Shown in pieces: positions 19,917 through 29,847 of a DNA stretch of 47,353 nt. This stretch comes from Prolixibacteraceae bacterium (GTDB taxonomy: Bacteria > Bacteroidota > Bacteroidia > Bacteroidales > Prolixibacteraceae): the NCBI GenBank assembly GCA_029265875.1, contig JAJUGS010000001.1, positions 1 through 47,353 on the forward strand, in the 5' to 3' direction. Numbering within the stretch: position 1 is the first letter of the stretch; each line of letters starts with the position of its first letter. The translations under genes and the position numbers were made by a program. The notes below the pieces were generated by a model that did not search any database, was not told the DNA's origin, and saw only the letters and a list, made by a program, of their open reading frames with translations.

Positions 19917-20281
19917 AGTTTGTCTTGATTTTTTAAAGCATTTTTGAAAAACACGTTAAACACGTTCATGGAGGCTAATGAATTCACAGGGCTAATTTCA
20001 TAGCAATTTTTTGTGTAACTGCTAATTGTTATTGTGCTAAACCCGGGGTTATATTGGTTATCCTGGTTGTAAAAAAGAAGATGCTTCGCAAGCTGTTTGT
20101 ATGCATGGATTATTTTTATGGAGGTGGTACTAAATACAGAGAAAGCGGGTATGGTTTCAAATGATGATAAAAAACTGCTAAAAAGGCTGGTTGATAAATC
20201 GGATAAACCACATCCAGGCTTTTTCCCCGCGTAATTTACCGGCACACTCCTCAACTGGTTATCAGTTTGAATCATTTTCAT
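19913..20281 (-). CDS. Hypothetical 122-aa leader ORF, possibly non-coding
   Basis: ATG start after an A-rich leader; its TGA overlaps the ATG of the fasciclin gene (ATGA at 19913-19916); no recognisable domain; Ser/Phe-rich. Confidence 0.35.
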   Translation of the reverse strand: MKMIQTDNQLRSVPVNYAGKKPGCGLSDLSTSLFSSFLSSFETIPAFSVFSTTSIKIIHAYKQLAKHLLFYNQDNQYNPGFSTITISSYTKNCYEISPVNSLASMNVFNVFFKNALKNQDKL

Positions 20282-20327
20282 TGATTTAGTCAGTATCAGT
20301 TAGTACTAAAACTTATTTTCCACGGTG

Positions 20328-20356
20328 CTAAAATAGTTTCAGCTATAAAAAACAAG
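20328..20356 (-). promoter_or_regulatory. Possible Bacteroidota sigma70-type promoter of the fasciclin-SusCD operon
   Basis: Minus strand has TATTTTAG (one mismatch to the TAnnTTTG -7 consensus) with CTTG 17 nt upstream. Spacing and match are both imperfect. Confidence 0.3.
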
Positions 20357-20542
20357 AATCTGAAATCCGTCAAAAAGTGTCACAATCTCACAAACTGGAT
20401 TTAGGATGATTTCCTTTTATGAGGAGTGGCCATTTCAGGGGATGTGAAATTGATCTAAAAGCATAAGAATTTGGTTTTGCAAGAAAAATCGGGAACTGTT
20501 GAGGTTGTTGTGCCCGATGTATTATCGGGTTCTTAATTATGG

Positions 20543-21421
20543 TTACCTGTATTTTTCGGCCTTGTCTTTCTGCTCAAGCCGCACGTATGTATTAAAAAGG
20601 ATTGGTTTGAGGTTGGGATACAAACCACTTTCGTATGCCTTTAACAAATAGGGCAATGCCTGCCGGTATAATGTTTTACCTTTTTCAATGCCTTTTTCAT
20701 ATTCCCAGTAATTCACCCGGTCGGGTTTTGCGATGGCTTCATACTCTTGTTTTCTTTTAAGAAATATGTCACTCCCATCGTTATATATCATTAACCCCAG
20801 GCTCATGTTTGCTCCCGTATGTTCCGGGTCAATTTTCAATACTTCTTCGTAAAATACTTTCGATTCTTCAACCTGACCCAGGTTTTGAAGGGATACTCCT
20901 TTGAAATACAGGAAATTAGCATCGTTGGGAGTTAAGTTTAAAAGTTCTTCAGAAACAGTTAATAATTTCTCATATTGTTTTGTGTTTAAATACTGATAGG
21001 CAAGACTTTTTTTTATCTCATCGTTATATTCCGGAAAAGCGTTCAGTTTCTCCAATAATGCAAATTCATAGATTGAATCATTCTTTTCCTTTTTTGATAA
21101 GTTAATCAGTTTATCGTAAACATCAAGCTGGGGCATTTGCAGTTCAACTGCTTTTTTATAATAAGCAAGGGCTTCGGTCTTTTTTTTCAGGGCTTCACTC
21201 GACAATCCTGCATAACCATAAACCATGGCCAGCTGAGTAGAGTCGCTGATGCCCGATTTTAGCAATTCTTCGCATGCTGTTAATCCGGCTTCATAATTGC
21301 CATCGATCAATGAGATTTTTATATCATTTATTTTTGATTCAACATCCTGCGCATTGACTGCCATCCCGAAGAATAGCAGGAAACTTGCGGTGATTAAAAA
21401 TTTACTGACCATTTTATCCAT
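20543..21421 (-). CDS. Exported tetratricopeptide repeat protein
   Basis: Signal peptide ending VNA-Q; TPR-like helices (ALAYYKKAVEL; PNDANFLYFKGVSLQNLGQ; YEEVLKIDPEH). Start is ATG 21421 or 21412; the ORF track uses TTG at 21448. Confidence 0.8.
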   Translation of the reverse strand: MDKMVSKFLITASFLLFFGMAVNAQDVESKINDIKISLIDGNYEAGLTACEELLKSGISDSTQLAMVYGYAGLSSEALKKKTEALAYYKKAVELQMPQLDVYDKLINLSKKEKNDSIYEFALLEKLNAFPEYNDEIKKSLAYQYLNTKQYEKLLTVSEELLNLTPNDANFLYFKGVSLQNLGQVEESKVFYEEVLKIDPEHTGANMSLGLMIYNDGSDIFLKRKQEYEAIAKPDRVNYWEYEKGIEKGKTLYRQALPYLLKAYESGLYPNLKPILFNTYVRLEQKDKAEKYR

Positions 21422-21695
21422 TGTAAAAGTTAATTTTGAAAGTGACAACCCAGAAAAACCTGTTATGCAGGCAATTCCTTTTATATTTCAAATTAATAAC
21501 TAACAAATATATCCGATTAAACGGGCATTCCTGATACACTTTTCAGTCAAAGTTAATACAGAAACTTGTCCGTTTTTGATGTATCTCAAAATTCTCCAAT
21601 GGCGTGGAAAAAATCAGGCAACTAACGAATCCGGCTTAAAACATTTATTATCAATAAAACAATCAAAGTCTTCGGGGAATTTAACCTCTTGTCAT

Positions 21696-21744
21696 AAAAA
21701 ACGGGCTGCCGGAACTGGATTAAAATTCAGGTCCCGCAGCCCGT
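21696..21744 (-). terminator. Rho-independent terminator ending the GH/sulfatase operon
   Basis: ACGGGCTGC (21701-21709) pairs with GCAGCCCGT (21736-21744), with further inner pairing, and is followed on the minus strand by a T run. Confidence 0.8.
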
Positions 21745-21783
21745 CAATTACACTTAGATGATAAATAATCCCAAACCTATATT

Positions 21784-23607
21784 TTACTCGTTATCTTTCA
21801 GTGAATTACAGATTTCAGTATTCACTTTTTTCAGTGCTTCCTCGTTGAGTTTGATAATTTTCCGGTCGTAGGTCATCAGCCCGTTTACTTCAATTTCAAC
21901 ATCGGTGGTTTGTGTATAAACTGCAGCCGAGTAACCAAACGGAATCAGTTTTTTCAGTTTTTCGGCAAACTCAACATACACTTTGGTGGCCTCGTCGGTG
22001 GTTTTATACTGAACGTATCCCCAGTTGCGGTTTTTCTCCCATAAATGGTCTTCAAACACCAGCCCGATTCCGCCATATTCGCCCAGTACATTTACACGTT
22101 TTGAGTCAAAAATTCCCATAGCCGGGTCGGGATAATGGTGCATATCCAGCATGTCGCCCACATCGTAATGGTTACCGCCACTGGCCGGGTTCACCAATCT
22201 TGAAGGATCGTAATTTTTCGTCCATTCAGCAATTTCGGCAGTTTTAAACTGACCCCAGGCTTCGTTAAACGGCACCCAAACCACAATACTCGGGAACGGG
22301 TAGCACAAATCCATGATTTCTTTCCATTCCTGCCGGTAGTTCTGTTCAGAAACGGCGCTGCGCACCAGTTCTTTACCGTCGAAATAGTTGCGTTGCTGCC
22401 ATTGTGGCGAACGGTCGCCACTGGGCATGTCCTGCCAAACAAGGATTCCTTCTTTGTCGCAATGGTAATACCAGCGGGGCGGTTCCACCTTTACGTGTTT
22501 GCGAATCATATTGAAACCGAAATCTTTGGTTTTTACGATGTCGTATTTCAAAGCTTCGTCGGTAGGCGCTGTGTACAAACCATCGGGCCACCAGCCCTGG
22601 TCGAGCGGGCCAAACTGGAAATAATCCCTGTTGTTGAGTTGCATGCGGTAAATACCGTTTTTATCCCTGTTTGTCGAAATTTTCCGCATTCCGAAATAGC
22701 TGCCCACTTTGTCGAGCACTTCTTCTTTTCTCACAACAGCAACTTCGAGGTCATATAAAAATGGCGATTCGGGGCTCCAAAGTTTTGCATTTTTTACAGG
22801 CAGTAAAACTTTTTCACCGGCAACGGCTTTTCCTTCGGCAACCACTTTCCCGGCGTCGAGAATTTTTACCAAAACAAGGTCGCCTTTCGCCGTACCACAG
22901 GTTTCAGCCAAAACCGAAACGGTTCCGCCATCGATGTTGGGAACCGTTTTTAAGGCTGTAATGTAAGCTGGTTTCACGGGTTCCATCCACACGGTTTGCC
23001 AGATTCCGGTAACCGGGGTGTACCAGATTCCCTGCGGGTTTTTTACCTGTTTGCCGCGTGGCTGGTAACCTTCGTCGGAAGGGTCCCACACTTTCACAGT
23101 CAGCGTTTGGACACCATTTTTGGCCAGCAGCCCGGTAATGTTAAACGAAAATGGGGTGTAACCGCCTTTGTGGCTTCCGGCTTTGATGTTGTTCACCCAG
23201 ACTTCGGCTTCCCAGTCAACTGCCCCGAAATGCAACAAAATATCCTGGTTTTTCCACGCGGCAGGTATTGTAAAAGTGCGCTGGTACCAAAGTTCGTTGT
23301 CAGCGCCAACTGTTTTCTGTACCCCTGAAAGGCTTGATTCGGCCGCAAACGGAACCAGGATTTTCCCATCGAATTTTTCGGGCAGCCAGCCACCTTTGGG
23401 TACGATGGCGTAATCCCACAAACCGTTCAGGTTTTGCCAGTCGGGACGGGTTAACTGCGGACGAGGGTATTCGGGCAGCGGATTTTCGGGGTTTACTTTT
23501 TCAGCCCACGGTGTTTTGATTTTATCGCCAGCCGGTTTCCAGGGCTGTGCAAAAACGTTTGCCGTCAAAAGTAAACTCAGGATAATTGTTGAAAGTGCTT
23601 TATTCAT
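21784..23607 (-). CDS. GH2 glycoside hydrolase (beta-galactosidase/galactofuranosidase-like clade)
   Basis: Signal peptide; YPRPQL.R..WQNLNGLW, LLHFGAVD, HKGGYTPF, GIWQTVW, GFNMIRKHVK, WVPFNEAWG (acid/base), GEYGG (nucleophile) and YTQTTDVEIEVNGL. Confidence 0.9.
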   Translation of the reverse strand: MNKALSTIILSLLLTANVFAQPWKPAGDKIKTPWAEKVNPENPLPEYPRPQLTRPDWQNLNGLWDYAIVPKGGWLPEKFDGKILVPFAAESSLSGVQKTVGADNELWYQRTFTIPAAWKNQDILLHFGAVDWEAEVWVNNIKAGSHKGGYTPFSFNITGLLAKNGVQTLTVKVWDPSDEGYQPRGKQVKNPQGIWYTPVTGIWQTVWMEPVKPAYITALKTVPNIDGGTVSVLAETCGTAKGDLVLVKILDAGKVVAEGKAVAGEKVLLPVKNAKLWSPESPFLYDLEVAVVRKEEVLDKVGSYFGMRKISTNRDKNGIYRMQLNNRDYFQFGPLDQGWWPDGLYTAPTDEALKYDIVKTKDFGFNMIRKHVKVEPPRWYYHCDKEGILVWQDMPSGDRSPQWQQRNYFDGKELVRSAVSEQNYRQEWKEIMDLCYPFPSIVVWVPFNEAWGQFKTAEIAEWTKNYDPSRLVNPASGGNHYDVGDMLDMHHYPDPAMGIFDSKRVNVLGEYGGIGLVFEDHLWEKNRNWGYVQYKTTDEATKVYVEFAEKLKKLIPFGYSAAVYTQTTDVEIEVNGLMTYDRKIIKLNEEALKKVNTEICNSLKDNE

Positions 23608-23650
23608 TTTATTAGATTTATTTAATTTATAATTAATAACTGTATTTTTT

Positions 23651-23737
23651 CACCCTAAACTCCTAAAAGGGACTTCAACTAGCAATCCACATTCGTCAGT
23701 CAATGAGCCAAAGTCCCCTTCAGCGGATTTAGGGGTG
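23651..23737. repeat. REP/REPIN-like imperfect inverted repeat element
   Basis: Left arm CACCCTAAACTCCTAAAAGGGACTT (23651-23675) against the reverse complement of the right arm, CACCCCTAAATCCGCTGAAGGGGACTT (23711-23737); 35-bp spacer; intergenic within an operon. Confidence 0.7.
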
Positions 23738-23748
23738 GCTTGTTATTC

Positions 23749-24837
23749 TCATTTTGCCAATGTCAGACTTTTTATTGTATCCACTTCAGCTTGTTTGTAA
23801 GGTGTCCCGTCGGGATGGAAAATTTCGTGGAACCAAAGTGGTGGCTCCGAACCATCCGGAATGGGCTCGTCCCAGGCATATTTTGTGTTCGATTTTCCGG
23901 CCACCAAACCCCAGTTGATGGCGCCCACATTTTCTTTTTTCAGGATAGGCATAATGTTAGTAAACAGACTGTTGTTGCGGCGTGCCATGTATTCGGTACA
24001 AACCAGCGGGCGGCCATATTTACGAAGCGAATCTATCACAGACTGGTGTTCTTCTGGTCCGTTGTAATTGTGGTAAGTAATAATGTCGGAGTTTTCGAGC
24101 TGAAATACATTAAACTCAGGCAATGCAGGAGTCCAAACACCAGCAGTGAGTGGTTGCGATGGACGAACCTGCCAGCCCCATTCAAAAACTTTCTGTAACA
24201 GCGGCATCGATTTCATTTCGTATTTAAAATTGCCGGGTTCATTGTACAAATCCCACATTACAATGCGTTTGTCATCTTTAAAGGTGTTGAGAATGTCTTT
24301 TGTGTATTCTTCCAACAACACAATCAGTGTTGAATCTTCGTGAATTAAATCGCCAGGATCGCGAATCCAGCCTGAATTGTGAACACCAGGTTTAGGGGCG
24401 GGTTGTTTGCCTGCCTGGTAAGTTGGGTTCCAGCAGTCGTCAAAAATCACAAAAATGGTTTTAATACCATGTTTATCTGCAATTTCGAGGTATTTTTTCA
24501 TGCGGTTTTTAAACCCTTCTTTGTCAACTTCCCAGGCAACATGGTGGAGGTAAACGCGCATACAGTTCATCCCGATTTTCTGGGCCCAGCCCAGTTCGCG
24601 GTCGATGGTAAGTGTATCAAAAGTTTCGGCCTGCCAGGTTTCGAGCTGGTTGATGGCAGTACTCGGATTAAAATTGCAGCCCCGCAGCCAGCCGTTTTCG
24701 GCGGCCCAGGCATTGGCTTGTTCAACAGTCCATTTGGCCTTTTTTGCCTGCTTGGTTGCGGGTTCTTTTTGTGTTGGCTGACACGCTGAAAGTGCTGCCA
24801 AAGCTGACAGCAGATAAATTAAAATTTGTTTCTTCAT
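23749..24837 (-). CDS. GH5 family lipoprotein, GH5_13-like (furanosidase candidate)
   Basis: Lipobox LSAC; KWTVEQANAW..GCNFNPSTAINQLE N-terminus; WDLYNEP (acid/base), YHNY, CTEYMAR (nucleophile) and NWGLVAGK. Confidence 0.8.
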   Translation of the reverse strand: MKKQILIYLLSALAALSACQPTQKEPATKQAKKAKWTVEQANAWAAENGWLRGCNFNPSTAINQLETWQAETFDTLTIDRELGWAQKIGMNCMRVYLHHVAWEVDKEGFKNRMKKYLEIADKHGIKTIFVIFDDCWNPTYQAGKQPAPKPGVHNSGWIRDPGDLIHEDSTLIVLLEEYTKDILNTFKDDKRIVMWDLYNEPGNFKYEMKSMPLLQKVFEWGWQVRPSQPLTAGVWTPALPEFNVFQLENSDIITYHNYNGPEEHQSVIDSLRKYGRPLVCTEYMARRNNSLFTNIMPILKKENVGAINWGLVAGKSNTKYAWDEPIPDGSEPPLWFHEIFHPDGTPYKQAEVDTIKSLTLAK

Positions 24838-24957
24838 AGTTTTTATATATCTTGATTTTAATGCTATTTGGTTGGCAAAATATCTTTCGTCTGAATTCAG
24901 TTTGACCGTTAATTTATGTTTTGTCGAAAACTGTTTATAATTATTTCAACACTATTT

Positions 24958-26598
24958 TCATTTTTTTGGCTCTTTTACTTCGGTTTGTACCATCCATTTT
25001 TCCCAGGCGGCATTCATTTCGCTTACTTTTTCAGGGTATTTTGTGGCAAGATTCACACTTTCGGTATGATCGGTGGAAAGGTCAAACAACTCCCAAGCTT
25101 GTTTTGGCAATGATACCATTTTCCAGTTGTCAATCCGGATGGCGCGCCCACCTTCATGTTCCCAATAAAGTGTGTCGTGAACCGATTCTGTTTCTCCAAA
25201 AATTAGCGGCAATAAGTTTTTCCCCGAAGGTTTTAATGTAATTTGACCGTTAAAATTTTCAGGATATTTAGCTCCCGAAAGTGCCAGACAGGTTGGCAAA
25301 ACATCGATTACATGCGCAACACCGTGGTTGATGGTATTTTGTTGTTTGCTAAGTTTTGCCGGCCAGTGCACAATCAACGGGGTGGCGCTGCCGCCTTCGT
25401 ACGACTCTTTTTTCCAGAACCTGAAAGGCGTGTTGGCTGCGCTCGCCCATGCATTGCCCAGGTAATTCCAGGTTGTTTCGGCACCAGGGTTTGGCGCATT
25501 GTATTCAATTATTGTTGAGTCGCGGGTAAAACCGGGCCTGTCGAATCCTGGTGGATAGCCACGTTCGTACGAAGCCCCGTTATCAGACAAAACAAAAATT
25601 ACCGTGTTTTCAAATTGTCCCGTTTCTTTCAGTTTATCGATAATTTTCCCAATTCCCTGGTCAACCCGGTCAATCATGGCCGCATGAACTGCCATGCAGG
25701 CAGCTTCGTATGCTTTTTCTGTACAATCGTTCCATTTTTTCCCTGATGAATTTTCGGGAAGCGGGAAAGTTTCAGCATCAATTAAACCCATCTCAATCAT
25801 TCGGTAGTAACGGTTTTTACGAATCACGTCCCAGCCTTCTGTGTAGGTATTTTTGTATTTTTCAATGTCTTCGGGCAAAGCGTGCAGCGGCCAGTGCGGT
25901 GCTGTGTGTGCAATATAGAGAAAAAACGGTTTGTCGTCTTTTCCATAGCTTTCAATTAAATCGATGGATTTTTGGGTGATGAAATCGGTCATATAAAAAT
26001 CGTCGGGTACTTCTTTAATAGGTTCTTCGTTGTGCACCAAACTGAAAGGGTCGAAATAATTAACCACCCCCCAGATTACGCCCCAATGTTCTTCGAAACC
26101 CCTGTTGCACGGGTAGTTTTCGAGGGGAGAAAAAGGCCCGTAATCCGCACGATGTGCCATCCAGCGCAATTGTTCAACAGGGTTTTTAACCGGTTTTGTT
26201 TGCGAAAGGTGCCATTTGCCTGTCATGCCAGTGGCGTACCCATTTTCTTTCAGAATTTCGGCGATGGTAGCCGTATTTCTGCTGAGGTTTACCCCCATTC
26301 CGTTGATCCCGGCCTGCCGCGAATAATGCCCGGTTAAAAGCGCTGCACGCGTGGGACAGCAGCGTGCTTCGTTATGCATTTGTGTAAAACGGATTCCCTT
26401 AGCTGCCAGTTTGTCGATATTGGGCGTTTGAATTTCTCCTCCGTAGCAACCCAAATCAGAATAACCCATATCGTCAACCATAATGAGCAAAATGTTCGGA
26501 CGCTCATCAACAGGTTTTTGTTTAATGATGCAAGCACTCAATAAGATTGCCAATGCACTTAAAATGAGTATAAACTTTATATCAACAAGGGGCTTCAT
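24958..26598 (-). CDS. S1 family arylsulfatase (Cys-type, formylglycine-dependent)
   Basis: PNILLIMVDDMGYSD; CCPTRAALLTG (CxPxR); GKWHL; APHWPLH; SDNG; possible lipobox LSAC. Confidence 0.95.
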   Translation of the reverse strand: MKPLVDIKFILILSALAILLSACIIKQKPVDERPNILLIMVDDMGYSDLGCYGGEIQTPNIDKLAAKGIRFTQMHNEARCCPTRAALLTGHYSRQAGINGMGVNLSRNTATIAEILKENGYATGMTGKWHLSQTKPVKNPVEQLRWMAHRADYGPFSPLENYPCNRGFEEHWGVIWGVVNYFDPFSLVHNEEPIKEVPDDFYMTDFITQKSIDLIESYGKDDKPFFLYIAHTAPHWPLHALPEDIEKYKNTYTEGWDVIRKNRYYRMIEMGLIDAETFPLPENSSGKKWNDCTEKAYEAACMAVHAAMIDRVDQGIGKIIDKLKETGQFENTVIFVLSDNGASYERGYPPGFDRPGFTRDSTIIEYNAPNPGAETTWNYLGNAWASAANTPFRFWKKESYEGGSATPLIVHWPAKLSKQQNTINHGVAHVIDVLPTCLALSGAKYPENFNGQITLKPSGKNLLPLIFGETESVHDTLYWEHEGGRAIRIDNWKMVSLPKQAWELFDLSTDHTESVNLATKYPEKVSEMNAAWEKWMVQTEVKEPKK

Positions 26599-27671
26599 TT
26601 TAACTGTTTTTCTTCAATTTCAACTTCACCCGAAGGGCGGTCGATTGCTTTTCCGGCAGCTACAGCATCTCCAAAATCAGGTGTTCCATCGGTATTCCAA
26701 TGAAATGGCTGCATTCTGACATCACGGTCCCAACCGGGTGCAGTACTTTTTTTTGAATGATAAATAATCCAGTCTTCGGAGTTGTCGGGTGATTTTACAA
26801 ACGAAACATGCCCCACACCAAAAACCGTTTCGTTTCCTTCGAAAACAGGGCCTTTTTTGGTCCAGTTCGATGGAACCAACGGATCGGCTTCAGGGTCTTT
26901 TAATTGCAGCATTCCCTGGCGGTATTCCTTGAGCCACGACTCGCGACACGAATAAATGATAAAAACTTTGTCACTGTATTTAAGCACTTCCGGGCCTTCC
27001 TGCAAATTCAGCGGGCCTCCGGTTTCCCAGCTTTCAACCGGCGACGACAGTAAAACCCGTTTCCCTTTTAAAATATAAGGATTTTCCATTTCCTGTATAT
27101 ACAAATGCTGAGGCGTTGCGTCGGTGTCCATTTGCTGCCGCCAGCCCGACCAGACTGCATATAGTTTTCCTTTGTGCTCAAAAACGGTCATATCAATTGC
27201 CCAGATATTTTGGGAAATATCGCCCGGATTATCACCTGTGTTCAGCATGCCCATGTCTTCGTATTCGCTGAAAACATCTTCGGTTTTTGAACGCAAAACA
27301 CCAGTGCGCTGGTGAATAAATGGCGGCCCCGATTCGCCGGCTGCATAATAAACATACCAGTGGTTGCCAATAAAATGAATCTCGGGAGCCCACACACAGG
27401 CCTTGTTCCAGCCCTCTATCGGGGCTTTCCAGATTTGTTTGACTTCGCCTTTTTTAGTCATGAATTTTGAGCGCGAAACCGTGATGCCGTTGTTAGACGA
27501 GAAACAATAAATATAATTGTCGCCCTGCTTTACCATCCAGGGGTCAGCACCGTTCCAGACAGGATTTGTAAAGGTGGTTTTTACAGCATCCTCCGGTATC
27601 CGGGTTTCGCTTTTGCTGCATCCGGCTGATATCAGTATAAAAAATATTATCAGATTGATTTTAAAGTTCAT
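26595..27671 (-). CDS. GH43 alpha-L-arabinofuranosidase-like lipoprotein (GH43_26-like)
   Basis: Lipobox SAGC; GADPW, WAPEIH, WAIDMT, QEGPE, GVGH and WIIYH. ATG at 27671; the stop overlaps the sulfatase start. Confidence 0.88.
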   Translation of the reverse strand: MNFKINLIIFFILISAGCSKSETRIPEDAVKTTFTNPVWNGADPWMVKQGDNYIYCFSSNNGITVSRSKFMTKKGEVKQIWKAPIEGWNKACVWAPEIHFIGNHWYVYYAAGESGPPFIHQRTGVLRSKTEDVFSEYEDMGMLNTGDNPGDISQNIWAIDMTVFEHKGKLYAVWSGWRQQMDTDATPQHLYIQEMENPYILKGKRVLLSSPVESWETGGPLNLQEGPEVLKYSDKVFIIYSCRESWLKEYRQGMLQLKDPEADPLVPSNWTKKGPVFEGNETVFGVGHVSFVKSPDNSEDWIIYHSKKSTAPGWDRDVRMQPFHWNTDGTPDFGDAVAAGKAIDRPSGEVEIEEKQLK

Positions 27672-27748
27672 TATTGCAATATTTCTGATTTCTAAAGGCA
27701 ATTGGTTTAAAACTATTGGTTTTGAGTTACAGGACCAAACCCCAACTT

Positions 27749-28789
27749 TTATTTGTCAGCTATTCCAAATTTATTAACCAGGTTATCATATTCTTTGCGC
27801 GAAATGGTAATCATACAACCATGGCGCACCGAATCGGGCAGACTGTATTTGTCCCAATCGCTGAAAAATGTGTAACCCGAAGCCTGGTACCAGGGGCCGT
27901 TCATGTTATCGGCAATCGATAATCCGTAAGAAACTCCCGGGTACTGCTCGTAATACAGGTACCAGATTTTTCCGTCGGGCGAAGGAACCAGCATCGGAGC
28001 TTCCCTGAAATTCGGACTAATGGGTGTTGAAGGTTCTGAATAGGGTCCGGTTAACGAAGGAGCCCTCGAAATGCGGATGGTTTTTCCGGTTGGCCAATAT
28101 AATGTTGGATAAGTTTCATCTTTTAAAACAGCAAAGTACTGGTTGCCAATTTTGCGGATAAAAACATCGATGGTTCCCATGTTCAAATCGAAAAGTTTTT
28201 CCGGATGCTCCGAAAACGTTTTCAAATCTTTTGAGAGTACATACAGTGTGCGTTGGCTTGCCCAATAACGCTCGGGATCTTCCTTTGTGCCTTCTTTATG
28301 TGGAGTGTGCCAGGTGAGAATGTAATCTTTTGTGCTTTCGTCGAAATAAATTTTTGGTGCACCTATGCGCTGCAAAGCTTCCGAATAACCCGGTGTGCTT
28401 TTGAGGTTGGGCGTGTAAGTGGAATATAAAGTCCATTCAATCAGGTTTTCAGAAACCCAGATGTTAATGTCAGGAGAAGCGTCGCTCCGGTTTCCGGCAA
28501 TGTAGTAGCGTCCGTCGTGGCCTTTGGTGATATCGGGGTGACCTTTGTAATCTTCGAAAACCCGTTTTCTGTTGTTCAGGGCTTTCCAGTGCAGACCGTC
28601 GAGGCTCACCGAATAATACAGGCGACCATAATCCTGATGCGTCATATGGGCAAAAAGGTAGGCTTCGTTTACAGGTTTTTCGCCTTTTTTTACCTGCCCC
28701 GGCGGATCGGGTTGCTGCGAAAAGGCTGTGACACTGAGTAAACACAATGAAACCAGCAGACTATTGAATATCAGATTTGATTTTTTCAT
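27749..28789 (-). CDS. GH43/GH32-type five-bladed beta-propeller glycoside hydrolase with atypical motifs (GH43_34-like)
   Basis: Signal peptide; YLFAH..LYYSVSLDGLHW, TIDVFI, VLKDE, TGPY, REAP and RHG motifs. The usual RDP and WAPE appear as HPD and GAPK. Confidence 0.7.
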   Translation of the reverse strand: MKKSNLIFNSLLVSLCLLSVTAFSQQPDPPGQVKKGEKPVNEAYLFAHMTHQDYGRLYYSVSLDGLHWKALNNRKRVFEDYKGHPDITKGHDGRYYIAGNRSDASPDINIWVSENLIEWTLYSTYTPNLKSTPGYSEALQRIGAPKIYFDESTKDYILTWHTPHKEGTKEDPERYWASQRTLYVLSKDLKTFSEHPEKLFDLNMGTIDVFIRKIGNQYFAVLKDETYPTLYWPTGKTIRISRAPSLTGPYSEPSTPISPNFREAPMLVPSPDGKIWYLYYEQYPGVSYGLSIADNMNGPWYQASGYTFFSDWDKYSLPDSVRHGCMITISRKEYDNLVNKFGIADK

Positions 28790-28804
28790 ATCAATTGGTT
28801 TGAT

Positions 28805-29773
28805 TTATTTTTCTTTCTGAACAGGCGTTATATAATTGGGGTCGATGACCAGGATTTCTTTTCCGTTTTTATTTTCGAACCCAACCGTACTGATGTACAT
28901 ATGGCGGGGATGAATTTTTGTTGTGCTGGCGTGGGCATGAAAAACAATTCTGAGATTACCTTCTTTATCGGTAAACATGGCGCTGTGGCCAACACCCACC
29001 AGTTCACCGGGTTTTTGCAGAACAGGGTTGTTTTCATATTTTGTCCAGGGGCCGGTTACCGAAGGGGCTGTAGCAAAGCCAACGCCGTAAAAAGGGCTTT
29101 CGTAACTGTTGGCCGAGTATGTCATGTAATACGTTCCGTTGTGTTTGACCACAAACGAACCCTCGTTTACGCGGGGCCAAACCTTTTCCCAGTCTTGCGA
29201 AACGTTGATGCACTTTTTTATGGTTCCGGGTTTGATGGTGATGAGGTCGGCTTCGAGTTCGGCCACACAAATATTTAAACCGTCATCAAAACGGTCGAAG
29301 TAAAGATACGGTTTGCCATCGTCGTCGATAAACAGCGAGTTATCAATGCACTTTTCGCCGGCGATCATGGGTTGCTGAACTTCCTGTTTAAAAGGGCCGA
29401 GCGGCGAATCGCTGGTTGCCACGCAAATATGCTCGTCGGCAGAATAATACATATAAAATTTACCGTTGATGTGGTACACTTCGGGTGCCCAGAACCATCG
29501 GTCGGCCCAAACATCGGCTTTGTGCAGTGCAAGTCCGCCGGCTTTTTCAGAAATGCTCCAGTTGAGCATATCGTCGGAAGTGTACACCACGATACCATCG
29601 GGCGATTGTGTTCCGTAAGCATAATAAGTATTTTCCCAAAGCATGATAAAAGGGTCGCCCAACGGAACTTTGGCAATGGGTTTTTCGTCGGGGACAACTG
29701 ACTGGCCAGAGCAGGATATAGCTGAAAACATCAGTAAGATTACCGCCTGAAAGAATAAGTTTTTCATTCTCAT
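28805..29773 (-). CDS. GH43 glycoside hydrolase lipoprotein (GH43_31-like)
   Basis: Lipobox AISC; LGDPF, FWAPEV, CIDNSLFIDDDGK, VNEGS, YSAN and GVGH. Confidence 0.88.
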   Translation of the reverse strand: MRMKNLFFQAVILLMFSAISCSGQSVVPDEKPIAKVPLGDPFIMLWENTYYAYGTQSPDGIVVYTSDDMLNWSISEKAGGLALHKADVWADRWFWAPEVYHINGKFYMYYSADEHICVATSDSPLGPFKQEVQQPMIAGEKCIDNSLFIDDDGKPYLYFDRFDDGLNICVAELEADLITIKPGTIKKCINVSQDWEKVWPRVNEGSFVVKHNGTYYMTYSANSYESPFYGVGFATAPSVTGPWTKYENNPVLQKPGELVGVGHSAMFTDKEGNLRIVFHAHASTTKIHPRHMYISTVGFENKNGKEILVIDPNYITPVQKEK

Positions 29774-29847
29774 GTTTAATTGGTTTTAAAAAATGCTGGT
29801 TATTTAATAAAAATATATATAATGAAGCATACTTTGAGAATTTTGAG

